Source: Takakia lepidozioides
Lineage: Eukaryota; Plantae; Bryophyta
NCBI GenBank assembly: GCA_030704615.1
Contig: CM060733.1
Coordinates: 60,202,001 to 60,266,000, forward strand
Direction of reading: 5' to 3'
Length of the DNA: 64,000 bases
Of the stretch, positions 37,228 to 50,171 are shown in pieces (positions within the stretch are counted from its first letter, which is position 1; the number at the start of each line of letters is the position of its first letter). Under the pieces are notes generated by a model, which ran no database searches, had not been told where the DNA came from, and was given only the letters and a program-made list of their open reading frames with translations. The translations under genes were made by a program, and so were the position numbers.

Positions 37228-40200
37228 GCTCCCCACTCTTTGGTCGCTTAAACCAGACGCAAGATCAAGAAAGGAGAAAATTTTAGCACCATGCAATTGA
37301 TCCAAGGTTTCATTAAGCCTGGGTAGAGGGTAGGCATTTTGTTTTGTGATGTCATTCAGTTTCCTGAAGTCAACACAGAAACAGGTTGTGCCATCTTACC
37401 GACCAGGACAATTGGACTGGCCCAAGGAGAAACTGAAGATTTAATCACACTAGCATCAACCATTTTCTGGATTTCTTCTTGGATTATGGCACGTTCCTTG
37501 ACACTCTCTCGGTAAGCAAATTGTTTAATAGGAGCCCCTTCAGTGACTATGTCATGTTGAAGAATAGGAGTGCGCCCCAAATCAGTGGATCCCAAACTGA
37601 AAACATCTAGATTCTTTGCAATAAGCATTTCCACTTTCCTCCTTTGTCCTGAGGAGGGAGTTGTGTCTAACTTGATTTCAGATAAGACTTTGGTGAGGGC
37701 CTTCTTACCTCCTAGGCTGAGATCAGGGACAGGTGGTGGTGCAACTGCAGCAAAAGCAGCAACCTCATCTAAGGGGCCATGTTGGATGCCAATGGTCTCA
37801 AGTCCAAAGCCAGCTTACACCTATTGTATTTCAGCAATGGGAAGAGCAGTGATGCGAGCCAGAACTTGCCCTTTTTTTATAGTCACATGGAAGCACTCGG
37901 GATTAGTAATCAGAATCTTGACTTCTTGCCGATATCCTCTATCTAGAACACCAGTGGCCATCAGGCAATGCTTAAGGGCAGTCAGTTTCCTCCATCCTTC
38001 AACTTCTAGGAAATGAGCAGCTGGACACAAGAAGGCCAGACCAGACTTGACCACCTTCTGGGTCAAGGTAGGGATGGTGATGTTGAGAGGTGCACAAATC
38101 AGAGTAGAATTTTTTGGAATGGCTATGGGCACCCCTGTCCTATCTCTAGCACCAGGAACATGCCACTGATATAAGAGTTGAAGATCAGGCTGATACTTGT
38201 AGAAATCATTCCAATTGAGGTTCGAGTGAGAGTTCTGCTGTACCTTCTTGACCAGGGCCTGGACTCTGGACAAATTGGCTGTGGCAGATCCAGCCTTGAT
38301 CTTCACTGCTTTCAAGGGAACCACTACTTCATGCCCTTCTCCATTGTTAAAGCGAAGGGAATAGTCTACTAAGCTGATGGTGGCACCAGCTCCAGTCATC
38401 CAGTCAAGGCCTAGAAGGAATTGATCTCCAATGGTGACTATGCAGGTCACCACAACCTCCTTTTTATGAATTCTGATGGGAACAATGACTAGTCGTAAGG
38501 GCTCATACCTGGATCCATCTGCAATAAGCACCTCAATACCTATGGCAGGCCATAGTTTAAGGCCAAAAACTCTTACAACATTTAAAGGTATAACAGATAT
38601 AGTGCATCCAATATCAACCACACAGGGAAAGCTGAGCTCGTGGATATGGCACTAGGCCATGAGGGGATTGATATGCTGCCTAGCAGTCTGTCTCTTGAGA
38701 GGACATGCAAAGCTTAAAAGTTAGTAGATAAAACAGCTTGAATCGGAACAAAAGAAGTAGGGTTGGTAGGTGATGGACCTCTTGCCCCCTTCCCAAGAGA
38801 TCTTTCTAGTTTAAAGGAGGGGAAGAGCCACTAGTTGTCTTCTTGTTCTTGATCAGCTTTGGTAGCCCTGCTCTGTCTAGACAATGCTTCGTCCAATGTT
38901 CAAATGATCCCACAATGTAACAGGCACGTTTACCCTCATAGGCTTGCCCAGTCTGGGTTCGACCTCTATTGTTACCGTCTGTTGGTCCTTGGCTATGTCG
39001 AGGCTGCCACCTCTGTTGATGAGCCTGCATGGCAGCAAACTGAGTGGCATAGACTCACTAAGAGCTCTGAGCCCATTGGAGCTTGAAACTTGGCATGATG
39101 TTGCATTGATTTGCTGTCAGCCAAGTCTGCCATTTTAAGATTAATTTCGGCTAACATAGTCTTGTCATTGACAAAATGACGTCGCTGAGCCCAATTCTAA
39201 ATAGTGGAAGGCAATCCAAGGAGAAAATACCTTTTAACCATACGATCCCTCTCTGTCGGGTCTGGCAAAGCAATCCAGAGGCCACTCAGGAGGTTTGAAC
39301 AAGATCTTTGCCCATTCCACCAGAGTTGAGGCTGGGATCATCCATGACAGCCGCATGCAGTAAGTCACGAGCTGGTCCCTTCATGCTCATCCTAAAGATC
39401 GCCATTTTGAAATTCTCAGGCACTCCATTGACACCAACAATGACCTCAAACATCTGAAGATATCTATCAAAATCTTCTCCCATGGTATATTATGGGTAAG
39501 GTTGAGTAGTCAGCTGAGGGATCAGATGACAAGGCAAGCTATGGTTAATGTGACCAGGGAGGACAGACCCATGAGCAGGGCAACAGGGAACCATGGGAGC
39601 AGCACTACCATGCACACATCCAATATTAGATGCAGAATTATAACCCATATTATTATTGTTGGCTAATCCTGTAGCAGTTGAAGCTGACAGATGTGACGCC
39701 ACCGTGCATGGAGAGGTTGCTGAGCAGGAGCAGGGTAGTTCGACTGCAAGTGGTTGCATTCCACTCATGGGAAGATGGATGCCAATCCCACACGGTTGTG
39801 TGACACCTAGAGACAACATGCATACCCATGGACTGGCTAGAGACAAGGTATGGTGGCACCCGGCCTAGCCCCCACTAATTGACTTGTGATGGCAGGAGTC
39901 GGAGCAGTAGACACACTAGAGGGCCCTTGCATCATGATACCCCCACCTTGAACAACACCATGCACATTCAACACAGGAAAACTGCCCACACACATACCTG
40001 AATTTGCAGGCAACAAATTCCCTTCCCCGAGAGTGGGACTAGGGAAATTCACAACAGGCAGCACACTAGGACTCAAGTTAGCAACCTGGGCCGACATACT
40101 GCTTGCCATAGCCCTAGTGTCCGAGACCAACCCGATTCTACCTTGTCCATGACCAGATTGCACCATGGGCTTACTACCTTGAACCCATGGCACTAATAAG

Positions 40201-40740
40201 TAGGAATTGCGGTTTTTGCCACCCCTGATTCTGTGGGCAAAACAGCAGAGCCCTCCTTATCTATCCTCACGATACCATCATCATGCAACAGTTCTAAGTC
40301 CTCCTCAAAATTACCAGAGTCCAAGGAAACGTCATCAATCAAGGCATTACCTGCCTGGAGATTGTCCAATTCCCCACTTACATCAGGCATGCCTCTGCCA
40401 GGCGGCCCGAGTGGCTCTTGCGAACTGGACATGAACCTCTGTCTACCAGATCGCAACCAAGAACTTGCAGATGCGTTTGGCATGCAAAAACAAAGACAAT
40501 CGTGGAAGAGAAAGAACCTCTAAGCCGCCGGGATGAGCAGTCGCGGCCTTGGGCTCGGCACCCGTGAGGCTTCGGGAGTCCAAACAGAGCAAGAAAGAAG
40601 CTTGAGCAGGTCGTGGGGATCGGAACTATACACTGCCAACGCCAGCCACTCCCACACCCTCTCGTCCTTAATCCACAAGCCCACCCGTGTCGTGCCGTTA
40701 TCCTCCCACGTCCGGGACAACACTGAGGAATTGGGAAAGC
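37228..40740 (-). mobile_element. Degenerate Ty3/gypsy: gag, aspartic protease, dUTPase-like domain and partial RT; rest of pol deleted; 5' LTR not found
   Basis: gag (DFDRYLQMFE..., knuckle-like CYIVGSFEHWTKHC); PR (VDIGC...IADG...LLGLDW); dUTPase-like GVLDRGYRQEVKILITN; RT (SPWASPIVLV, FCVDFRKLN, YPLPRL, LDLASG) joined directly to the PPT. Confidence 0.9.
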
Positions 40741-42449
40741 TATATCTACAACAGAACGCGGTATATCTGACTGCCAGGCCGCGGTAGTCATGGTTTTCCT
40801 GACTTTGACCATGACTTCCCTGTATTTTTGGACCAAATGGGGCTTCACGTAGTCGTTGAAATGACTGCGTGACTACGTAGTCCTCTGGGTGACTCGTTGG
40901 TAGACTTCGTCATGACTGCATGGCTCCGCACTGGCCGAAAGGTTGGTCAACGATGGTTGACCAGCGTGAGCTCACCACCAAATAGTCGTTGGAATGACTT
41001 CTAGTGCAAGCGTGGTAGCCAAAAGGTTAAAACAATTTAAAAAGTTGCTTATAGGGTTGCCCATTAGAGGGCTGGAACTTAGTTTTTTTTCTTATTTCTC
41101 CTGTGCGGTTTCTTAGTATCGAGCTGTTGTGTCATGGAACACGATGATCGCATGATAGGGCGTGGGATGGAGGCTTTGCATTGAGCTACTGATGCGGGGC
41201 GAAGCACAACCTGCACCGCAACCGCAATGGGCTCTTAGCTCATGTTTGTACCGTGATGTGGTATTCTTCCTGATGTTTACAAGGTTCTTGGGAGAGTCGG
41301 CTTGGTCTTGGCAGTCCGTGTTTCCCAGCCGCACTGTGGTGGTTCTCACAGACCAATATTCTGACTTTACCTGACGACAGACACAAGCAGCACATACAAA
41401 AGGTCCTCTTGGGTTCATGGTCAGTCAAATCCTCCATGGGTCATGACACAAGGTCGAGGACAAATGTGGTGAGGGCACCTTCTTCTTTGACCTATTTCAG
41501 CCTGTTTTGCCCTCTCATCAGACTCGGCACGGAGCAGAGCTGGCATGAGTTTGTGAAGATCCTTCACGATCATGGTGGGACAACCGCAATCACAAGGTGT
41601 GGCTTTTTCTTAATGTACCATGTGAAGAAGTTAGTCCATCCTGCAAATATGGGCTCTTGGCTCCTGTTATGAAATGACAGCAGAAAGGAGGGTTATTTGC
41701 ATCCTCAATGCATGTGCTGACCTGGGAGCCCTGTAAGTAGGCAAGAGCTGGTTGATGTTGACATCATCAAAGCTGGGATTTGGAGACTGGCCTTGCTGAC
41801 ATGAACGCGAAATGTGGAAGCATGCCTGGCAAACTCCGGTGAGTGTAAGTTTTGGTTGTTGTTATGGTTGATGACCTAGTTTAGTATCTTTAAATAAATA
41901 TACACGTGTACCATATTCTTGGTAGTTAGGGACTGGTGATTGATTTCTGAATATCTGTTGGAAGATTAGGATTCTGAGATACATCTATTGACTAAGTTTT
42001 CAAAGTTATATGCACTAAATTACAATCTAAGCTCCCTCAGATTTACTGTATTTCAGGGTCACTTGACCAGTCTGTGACCTACAATCCCATCATTTATAAC
42101 TGCCTTGCTGTACATTTTTCACCAAAGGGGCTTGTGGATTCTCTTGCAATAAGTTTAAGCAAGAGGATGAATGCAGACATCTACAGCAGTAGCCAGATTG
42201 AGCACTGTGTGGGAGCGAATCTGTAAACACACCTAGTCAGTTACACCAAGTTTTCGATATTGTAAGTTCGTTCCTGACATTCATTCCCATGTTTTTGCAA
42301 TCAACCTATCAAAATTACGAATGTGATTCAATGATTTGTATGCATGCCTCATCTCGATCATTATCTTCACTTCACTTCATTTCACTTTGGCATGAGGTGC
42401 AAAGTATCCCATATATATTTGTGTTTTTTTTCTTTGACATTAAGTATTC

Positions 42450-44558
42450 CTGCATTTTCACAAATTGCTCCGCTACTGGAATCAACTAATTTGGAAGCTA
42501 TACAGATGGACCTGAACTGTAGCATCGGTCTTCCGCAATTGTCAATGATTGGCTCAATTCAAGATACCGATGTTATATCTGTTTCTTACAATCAACCACG
42601 GATCTCGGAGAGAGAGGTATATTTGGAATTTTGTTTTATCCATGATCCCCATTCATATGAATTGGTTGGATATCATGGTTAAGAATGTATCTTTATTTTT
42701 GTTCTTTCAGATATCGGGACATTCAAGAATGGATCCATGTGCATGAAGACGACTTATAATGGAGAGTATTCCACCCCAATCTGAATTGCCCTGTGGAGAT
42801 GCATCATCTGAATTACCGATAGCTGCGAGTCCAAAACGTAGTATTTTGGAGTGGATCAATCCACACTTCTTGGCAAGGCAGGGACAACTCACGGATCTTT
42901 CGGAACCAATTGCTGCAAGTCCAAAATGTAGTATTTTAGAATGGATAAATCCACATTTCTTGGCGAGGCAAGAGAAGTTTATGGATCTCTCAGAGCCGAG
43001 AGTACGAGAAGCGAAGGTAAGTTACTATTATAACATACATAATGTGATTTTATGTTTGTTCATTATATTTTTGGTAAATGTACTAAAACTTCTGCGAGCA
43101 GGACCTTGTATATGTTTCAGTTAAGCCGAGCATGTCCGAGCATTCGTCTGATTGTTTTGTGGTCTCAAGAGGGATAACTTCAGATCTACATAAGGAAAGC
43201 TCTTAAATTACAACATCCTCTCAATTTGAGAAAATACCATGCAAAGTGAGGTCTGCAACAAAAAATACTGGTGGAATCTCCATTCAAAGATTCTCCAATT
43301 CGGTTCGTAGATCGACAGGATCCGAGTCATCGAATGCAAGTGAGAAAACGGATTTTCTCAAGATAAATGGCATATTTCCCCAAGATCAAAATTGAAGTGT
43401 TCGACCGATGATGGAGGTCGAGAAGCTGATTTGTCGTCCTCATTGTAGCTCCCAATGTGCAAAAAGACTAAAAAAGACTCACAAAGCCTAAAAAAGAAGT
43501 CTTTAAGTGATTTGCCTTAAATCATATCAAATATTTTCGCATTATTCTCATTTCTTGTTATCTTTATATGTTTTGTTGAAGAATATGAGCTCTTTTCTTT
43601 TCGGCGTTGCACTGGTTATGTCCTTTGATGTTGTTGCCAGAAGATGAACTATGTTACTAGCCGATGGGGTTAAAGATACCCAATGCACTTCGACATATGG
43701 TCCGAAGTGATCTTTCTTTTGTGAATTATTTTATGTTCTGTTCTTTGGCAGTACTAATGATATTTCATTTTTATTTCTAGGTGACCGCCTCTAAGAGCGT
43801 AAACACCCAAATCATCTCGGGTCAGAAAAAACGAATGCTTGTCATATTAAGCATCAACGGTCTTTTGTGCTTCAGACCCCCTCCAAGTGGGTTGGAGTTG
43901 TTGAGAGCTAAATATCCCGGACGACGCATAAAACTTCAAGTGCCAGAGACACCATTTGTAATTCCTCGTCCAGGTGTGATTGAATTTTTGAAGTTGTTGA
44001 CGACAAATCTTCATGTCGCTATTTGGTCATGCGCCCAAAAAGATGTTCTTTTCAGAATGCTGGAGGTTTTTTGTTCCAGATCATGAAACAATTTTGTTTC
44101 ATTTTGAGCACTGTACAATTACGTCTGGCTATATCAAGTATGAAATGAAGTATGTGCTCAAAGATATTGACAAAGTTTTAATAAAGTTTGCAGACAAGCC
44201 ATTCGCAAAACAAGGTCAGATTCTCTTAGTTGATGATGAGCCTTCCAATGCACTAAGGAACTCAGAGAATACAGGGTTTTTCCCTCTTCCTTTCAAGATT
44301 TTATCTTCAGGAAAAAATGCCTCTATGGACCAAAACGTGAGTGATATGGTGATGACGGTTTGGCCGTTCATGCACAAGATGATTGGAGCCTCTAGTGTGG
44401 TGGACTATGTCAGTGAAAACTGTGTAAAGAGAACACGACCTTTCATCAGACGTGACCATCCGCATTGGTCTTGGTTCGGGAGATATGTTGATCCATCTAT
44501 TCGTCACACTCGCCTTCTTCAACCTGATTATCTTGGTACGCCAAAAACATTTCGGTGA
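42450..44558 (+). pseudogene. Multi-exon CACTA cargo gene ending in an FCP1/NIF phosphatase-like domain; contains stops and a frameshift
   Basis: Exon-like blocks 42711-43016, ~43121-43500 and 43781-44558; MLVILSINGLL, RPGVIEFL, VAIWSCA, LKDIDKV, ILLVDDEPSNALRN; frameshift near 44075. Confidence 0.75.
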
Positions 44559-45189
44559 TGATGACAATTCTTTTTTAAAATTATTTTAATTTTCTAAATT
44601 GTTGTTCACCCGTGGCTCCATGGTACTTCGGCATGGATTTCAAAGTGTCTCATTGTGTACTTTTTGTTCAGTGAATCATGAGGAGGAGTTGCGAAATATA
44701 ATTCGACAAGAGAAGGCCTCAACTCGACTGTTGGAATCAGAGTCCCGCAAATCTGGATCTTCAACGTCACGCAGTGTGGTTGCAAGCGTGAATTCCGATG
44801 ATATGTTCAACCACAGCGAGAATAGATCCATGTCCACTGGTGTTGAGAGTCATGTCCAGATTATTTTGAACCGTCTGCACACCAGGAAGACAATGTAACA
44901 TGGTATAAGTAAACGACGACGTAGAGTTATGCATCTCTTGCAAGGTAGTCGTTTTGCAAACGAATTATCATTGCAAGGAGGTTCATCTTCAGCTTCTTTT
45001 GGATATTCGTCTCATCCCTCTCTCTCCACATCGTGATGGGACAGAGGGAGAGAGAGGGAGAGACGCAGCGAGGGTGTCTTGTAGTATGATGTTCTTACGT
45101 ACATATCATTACATGGTACAAAACACAATGGGTCAGTATCAGACATGGATTCATTTTTTTTAATAATGTATTTTTGGTAATACATGGAT

Positions 45190-45830
45190 ATATATTTTCT
45201 ATCTGGTACTTTGGATCAACAAAATGTCATATTCAAGAAAGACTAGGGCAGCCGTTGGCCAAGTGTCCAGTGTCATCTAAGTCCCAATGTATCCAAATGC
45301 GTCTCCTATGTCCAACCCCGGATGCGACCTCTGGGATAGCTTGTGCCGTTGGCCCAAGTGTCTTGTGTCATCTAAGCCCAAGTGCAAGATCTCCTATATA
45401 TCCCAGTGCGTTTCCTATGTCGAGGCCCAAGTGGGACCTCTAGGGTAGCCTATGCCATCGGCCCATGTTTGAAGAATTGAAACGCAAAACCGAGTGCAAT
45501 TTCCTATGTATCCTAGTGTGTCTCCTATGTCGAGGCCCAAGTGCGACCTTTAGTGTAGTTTGTGCCGTTGGCCCATGTGTGAAGATTTGAAATCCAAGAC
45601 CGAATGCAATTTCCTATGTATCCAAGTGTGTCTCCTGTCGAGGCCTATCTAAGCCCAAGTGCAATCTTCTATTCATGTATCCAAGTGCATCTCCATGTAG
45701 AGGCCCAAGTGTCTAGTGTCATCTAAGCCCAAATGCAATTTCCTATGTATCCCAGTACGTCTCCAATGTCAAGGCCCAATTCATTATTGATATATCTCCC
45801 TCGGAAATCATTCCATCTAAGTCCAAATGC
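45190..45830. repeat. Degenerate tandem repeat (AAGCCCAAGTGCAAT..CCTATGTATCC..GTG..TCCTATGTCGAGGCCCAAGT)
   Basis: About 6-7 imperfect copies are visible. Confidence 0.85.
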
Positions 45831-45904
45831 ATTTCTTTTCCACAAAGCCTACAACCAGATTTGGACCGGAGACCTTTCCATTGATGTCGATGCTCCAATC
45901 CTTG

Positions 45905-46050
45905 TCCCATGAAAGCCCACTTTGCTATTTTTCACAAATTTTCAGCGACCAAAAGTACTTGAAATTCCACATCGAGGGCTTCCAATGGCACGAGCGTTGG
46001 GGGCCGCGGTTTAGGAGATCTCAACGACGCTACAAAACAAAACAAACTCT
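45905..46050. repeat. Dispersed repeat fragment; inverted copy at ~47515-47725, with a further partial copy at ~47810-47935
   Basis: GACCAAAAGTACTTGAAATT, GAGGGCTT(T)CCAATGG and GGAGATCTCAAC are shared in reverse complement. Confidence 0.8.
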
Positions 46051-47144
46051 CTCTTCATATTTGATATGTCATGTATATATGTGAATCATATTAATTCAAT
46101 CTTTGACGTCGATAAATCCATATATAAACGACAATGCGTTGATGCCAATATCTTTTGCCACTCAAAGTGGAAAAAACTAAAATTGTAGTGATGTTTTCTA
46201 CAAAAGAGTGATATGAACAAGTTTGTATTCACATTCAAAGTGGAAATTGAATATAAAAATGGTTTTCAGTATTAGTTTAGATACTTAAATTAAAATGATA
46301 TTATTATATATAGGTGTATATGTATTATATTTTATTATGTATTTAGTAAATAGATCCGTATTTTCATTAAATCCGGACTTCTTCAAAGTCCGGAATTAGT
46401 TAAAATTGAGTTGTATATTATGTTCGCCCCCTTAGACTCTGTTTTGAGGAGCCAGATTTTGGGACAGAAGTGCTATTTTGTAAATCTGACTGGCAATTGT
46501 TTAAGACAATCTCTTTTTACATCTGAAATCAGTCCCTTCAGTGCCTCTGTTATGTCTTTTGCGCTTTGTCGCTTTGTTCTTTCCTGTGAATGATGGTGGG
46601 TTTGTAAATTTTCAAATAATATATCTCAACAATTAATTTGATGCCACGCGTTCAACCAACAAAACCACTCTACAGTAGGCACCATGACTACACAACACAC
46701 ATCATACATTGACACGTGTTATATCCTTGAGAAAACACCTGGCAATAAGCTCCTATAGGCATAGTCGAGGGAATGACTTTAAATACATTTAAAGTTCAAA
46801 ATAAACTACTCATATGGTGCCACGTGTCTAGATATTAGAATGGCTGTAGTTAGGAAAATGACTGCTGGACCTCCTCATGGATATGCCACGTGGCAGTTTC
46901 TGAAGACGCAATATGGCGCACATCCACAAAACCTCCTGGACTTATTAAAAAGAGACACGTGTACAGTTTGCGCAGCACACTAAGTCATGTATGGTGGAAG
47001 TACATATGACTGCCAAATGACAGTGACATGTATCACTTGGTATCATCTGACTGCAGTCATCCATGACTGACCATCTCGTACTCATTGTATTCACTTGGTT
47101 TGCACGACTTGCAGTCAGCGCAGTCATATGTACCGTTTATGACT

Positions 47145-48220
47145 CCTGGGGGGGGCACCCCAGCCAACTTGTACCAGCCACGTGCGTGCACAGGAGGGGG
47201 TATTTTTAAACCCCCCATGTACAACATTATACATACATAGGGGGGGTAAGCAACACCTAAAATATAAGTCTACAGCAAGGGTTTAACATGATTAGGATGG
47301 TAGTGTAGTGGTAAGGGTTACCATTGTCACGACTCTCATTGTAGGTTCAAATCTCACAGTGGCTTGAATTTTTTGAAAACTTTGAAAATACATATATATC
47401 ACAATGCAGATTTGTGCTCAAGACCACCTGCACACCACGACCAACTCCATAGCACTAGGCTGGTCCACAATTCATGAAACAACTAGAATGTTAAACAGTA
47501 ATATACAATAAAGACAATATTTTGTTTTGTATCATTGTTGAGATCTCCCCAACCGCGGGGCCCAGCCCTGGTGTTTGGTACCATTGGAAAGCCCTCGATG
47601 AGGAGGGGTGCACTGGCTTGGTATCATAATTTTTGAACTTGCGGTGTGGGAGATATGAAATTTCAAGTACTTTTGGTCGTTGGAAACTTGCGAAAAATAG
47701 CAAAATGGGCTTTCTTGCAACAATTACTGGCCATTTATTTATCCTTTGTACACGGGGACATAAATGTAAATAATTGGGTTTTTTTTTTTCAAATATGGCA
47801 TGAACACAATATTGTTTGTAGGGTCCTTGAGATCTCCCAAACCGCAGGGCCTCTAGCCACGATTTTGGTACCATTAGAAAGCCCTCAATGAGTAGGGATG
47901 CACCGACTTGGTTTCATAAAATTTGGACCTACATAGTAGTACAGGCCGAGGTTTGTTTTTAAATGAATAAACTTGATATAATAAAAAAATACATATACAT
48001 ATTTGAGGGTATTTTTTAATGATTAAAAAAAATACATACAGCAGGGGTATTTTTTTTAAATTACAAATTTCTATATATTTACAGGAGGGGATTTTATAAT
48101 CTTCAAAATGTATGTACAGAGGGGGTATAAATGATCCAAAGACCCGTATACAGGGGTTTTTTTTTATTAGGCGGCGAACGCACGTGATACAGACATTTTA
48201 TAAAGAGTGCACCCCCCAGG
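47145..48220. mobile_element. Non-autonomous TIR element (1076 bp) with an 8-bp TSD, nested in the CACTA subterminal region
   Basis: TSD TTATGACT at 47137-47144 and 48221-48228; TIR CCTGGGGGG(G/T)GCAC; internal ACAG(G)AGGGGGTATTTT motifs near both ends. Confidence 0.88.
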
Positions 48221-50171
48221 TTATGACTACGGGATAGTCATATATACAGTCATATATACCGCGATCTGTTGTAGTGTCCAGGTGATCTGCAACGCGAGGG
48301 CAAAAGACACGCTGCTCTTCACAGCAGGTGCCTGGCAAAATCACGATGTCGGATGACTGCACATGCAAACTACACCATCCACCAAGTCCACCGTCGTGGG
48401 CTTGTAACGACACACCCGGGAGTGAAATCGAAGAGCTCGCAACAACAAGGCTCCAAAGCCTTCAAGCAGCAACGAGAGCCATGAGCCTGCTGTCTGTTCG
48501 GTCATCTGCCATAGGCCCGACTCACGGCGAACTGATAATGGTAAGTGGAGCCCAAGCGCTTCCCAGGCCACCTGTCGACGATGAAGAAGATGAGCCTTGA
48601 ACACTTATGGCCGCAAGCACAGGGAGTTCCTGACAGCCACGATGGCTCGGGTCTGGCACAACGCACTCTCTCTCCTAAAGCCAGAACTAGACCCAGGTCG
48701 CACAAAAATCGCTTCGTGATGACTGTTCAGACGACCAGCATCCTCACGAACAGATGCTTCAAACTTTTCAAACCACTGCACATCCTCCGGAAGCAACTCT
48801 CCTAGAGACTCATCATACTCCTGAGAGCGCTTAATATCCATCTCAAACTCTTTCTCGTTCTCTCGGACACTCGTAATCAAGACCTGGATCATAGAAATTG
48901 TCAAAATTATAGTACTCAGGATCACAACTATCTAAAGAGCTGGGTGACCTCTCATCTCTTAATGACCAGACCTCGGCTTCATTCACATCAACATCATATC
49001 TAGGGCTAGCTGAGTTCAGATGCACGACAAGACCAAGACCAAGACCATTAGTGCTGGGTTCGGGCAGGGGTGACACTGGCGAGGCAACAATGCCAAACAG
49101 CGCATGTCGAGAGGGGTTAGTAACAGCAAGATCAGTCGCTACTGTCAAAGCAGGGTCAGTCTCAATCTCAAAAACCAAATCAACTTGCACCGACAGGCTT
49201 TCTCCCTCTCTGCGTGCTACACAGCTAGTACTACGCGCCGAGGCCATCGTCCTGCAACACAACACAACGAGCAGGGTGAGAAAGCAAATACGAAACAGCA
49301 GGAGAAAACATCGCAAGGTGGCTGGCCGCCATCAGACAATACTGATTAGAGAGCAACGATCAAGAGATTAGTGCGCAGATCCCTCAACAACCCAACAAAT
49401 GCTGTCAGGGCAGGCAGTGGATGCTAAAACACCTAGACGCTACCTGGCTTCTCTCCACCACAAAACGAGCCTGAAGCATATACTCCATTCCTCTCAAGAA
49501 ATGTGTTTTCACAACAAGGGGGCAAGCGAAAGAGCAGGCAATGCGCGAGAGGAGGCTCAAGCAGGCGGATTTGACACACAGGAGCTCTCATCCAAAGTTT
49601 GTACACCCAAAATCACATATACACTAACACATGAATACACCGCCCTGACCTTGTGTCAAGGCGCCGTCTTCATACAAAAGCCCTAACCATAGTGGTCCGC
49701 CACGTGGCGAGGCATCATAGGCCAAAGCCCACGGCGCTGCCCTGTAGCCCTAGATCCGATGAAGGGCCAGGATCGAGCCACCAGCCTAAACTAACCCTAA
49801 CCTAGACATCATTGTAACGGATTAACGGCTTTATAGGCGAAAAAATATATACTATGGATGTGTATCGCCATTTTGGATGAAACGGGCTATTTCCAGGCTT
49901 TACAGCCACCAAGACATCCTCTGCCACAGAAAATAGATTGCATTTCAACTCTTCGCCCATATGCACCAATGAAAAATGAAATGGTACTTTATAACGTCGG
50001 GGCAGGAAGGTCAAAGAGCTTATGGGACAAGAGGAAGAAAGAAACAAGAAAGAGAGAAGGGGGGCCATGAGCAGCCCAAAACAACTCTACTGCTCAAGAT
50101 AATGAAAGAATCGTCCACGGAAAGCTCAAAGAACTGTGTGTGTGCTGAAGTGGGGTTCAACGGTGCGCACT

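Larger units (their letters stand above)
40744..48276. mobile_element. Non-autonomous CACTA element (~7.5 kb)
   Basis: The right end reverse-complements to CACTACAACAGATCGCGGTATATATGACTG; the left end at 40746 reads CTACAACAGAACGCGGTATATCTGACTG. GACTAC/GTAGTC subterminal motifs occur at both ends. No 3-bp TSD is evident. Confidence 0.8.

Noticed and set aside
46372-46400. Helitron 3' hairpin (TCCGGACTT...AAGTCCGGA)
   Set aside because: No CTRR terminus at the expected distance and no 5' TC end identified.
47295-47365. Functional tRNA gene
   Set aside because: Only A/B-box-like motifs are present; the acceptor and anticodon stems do not pair convincingly.
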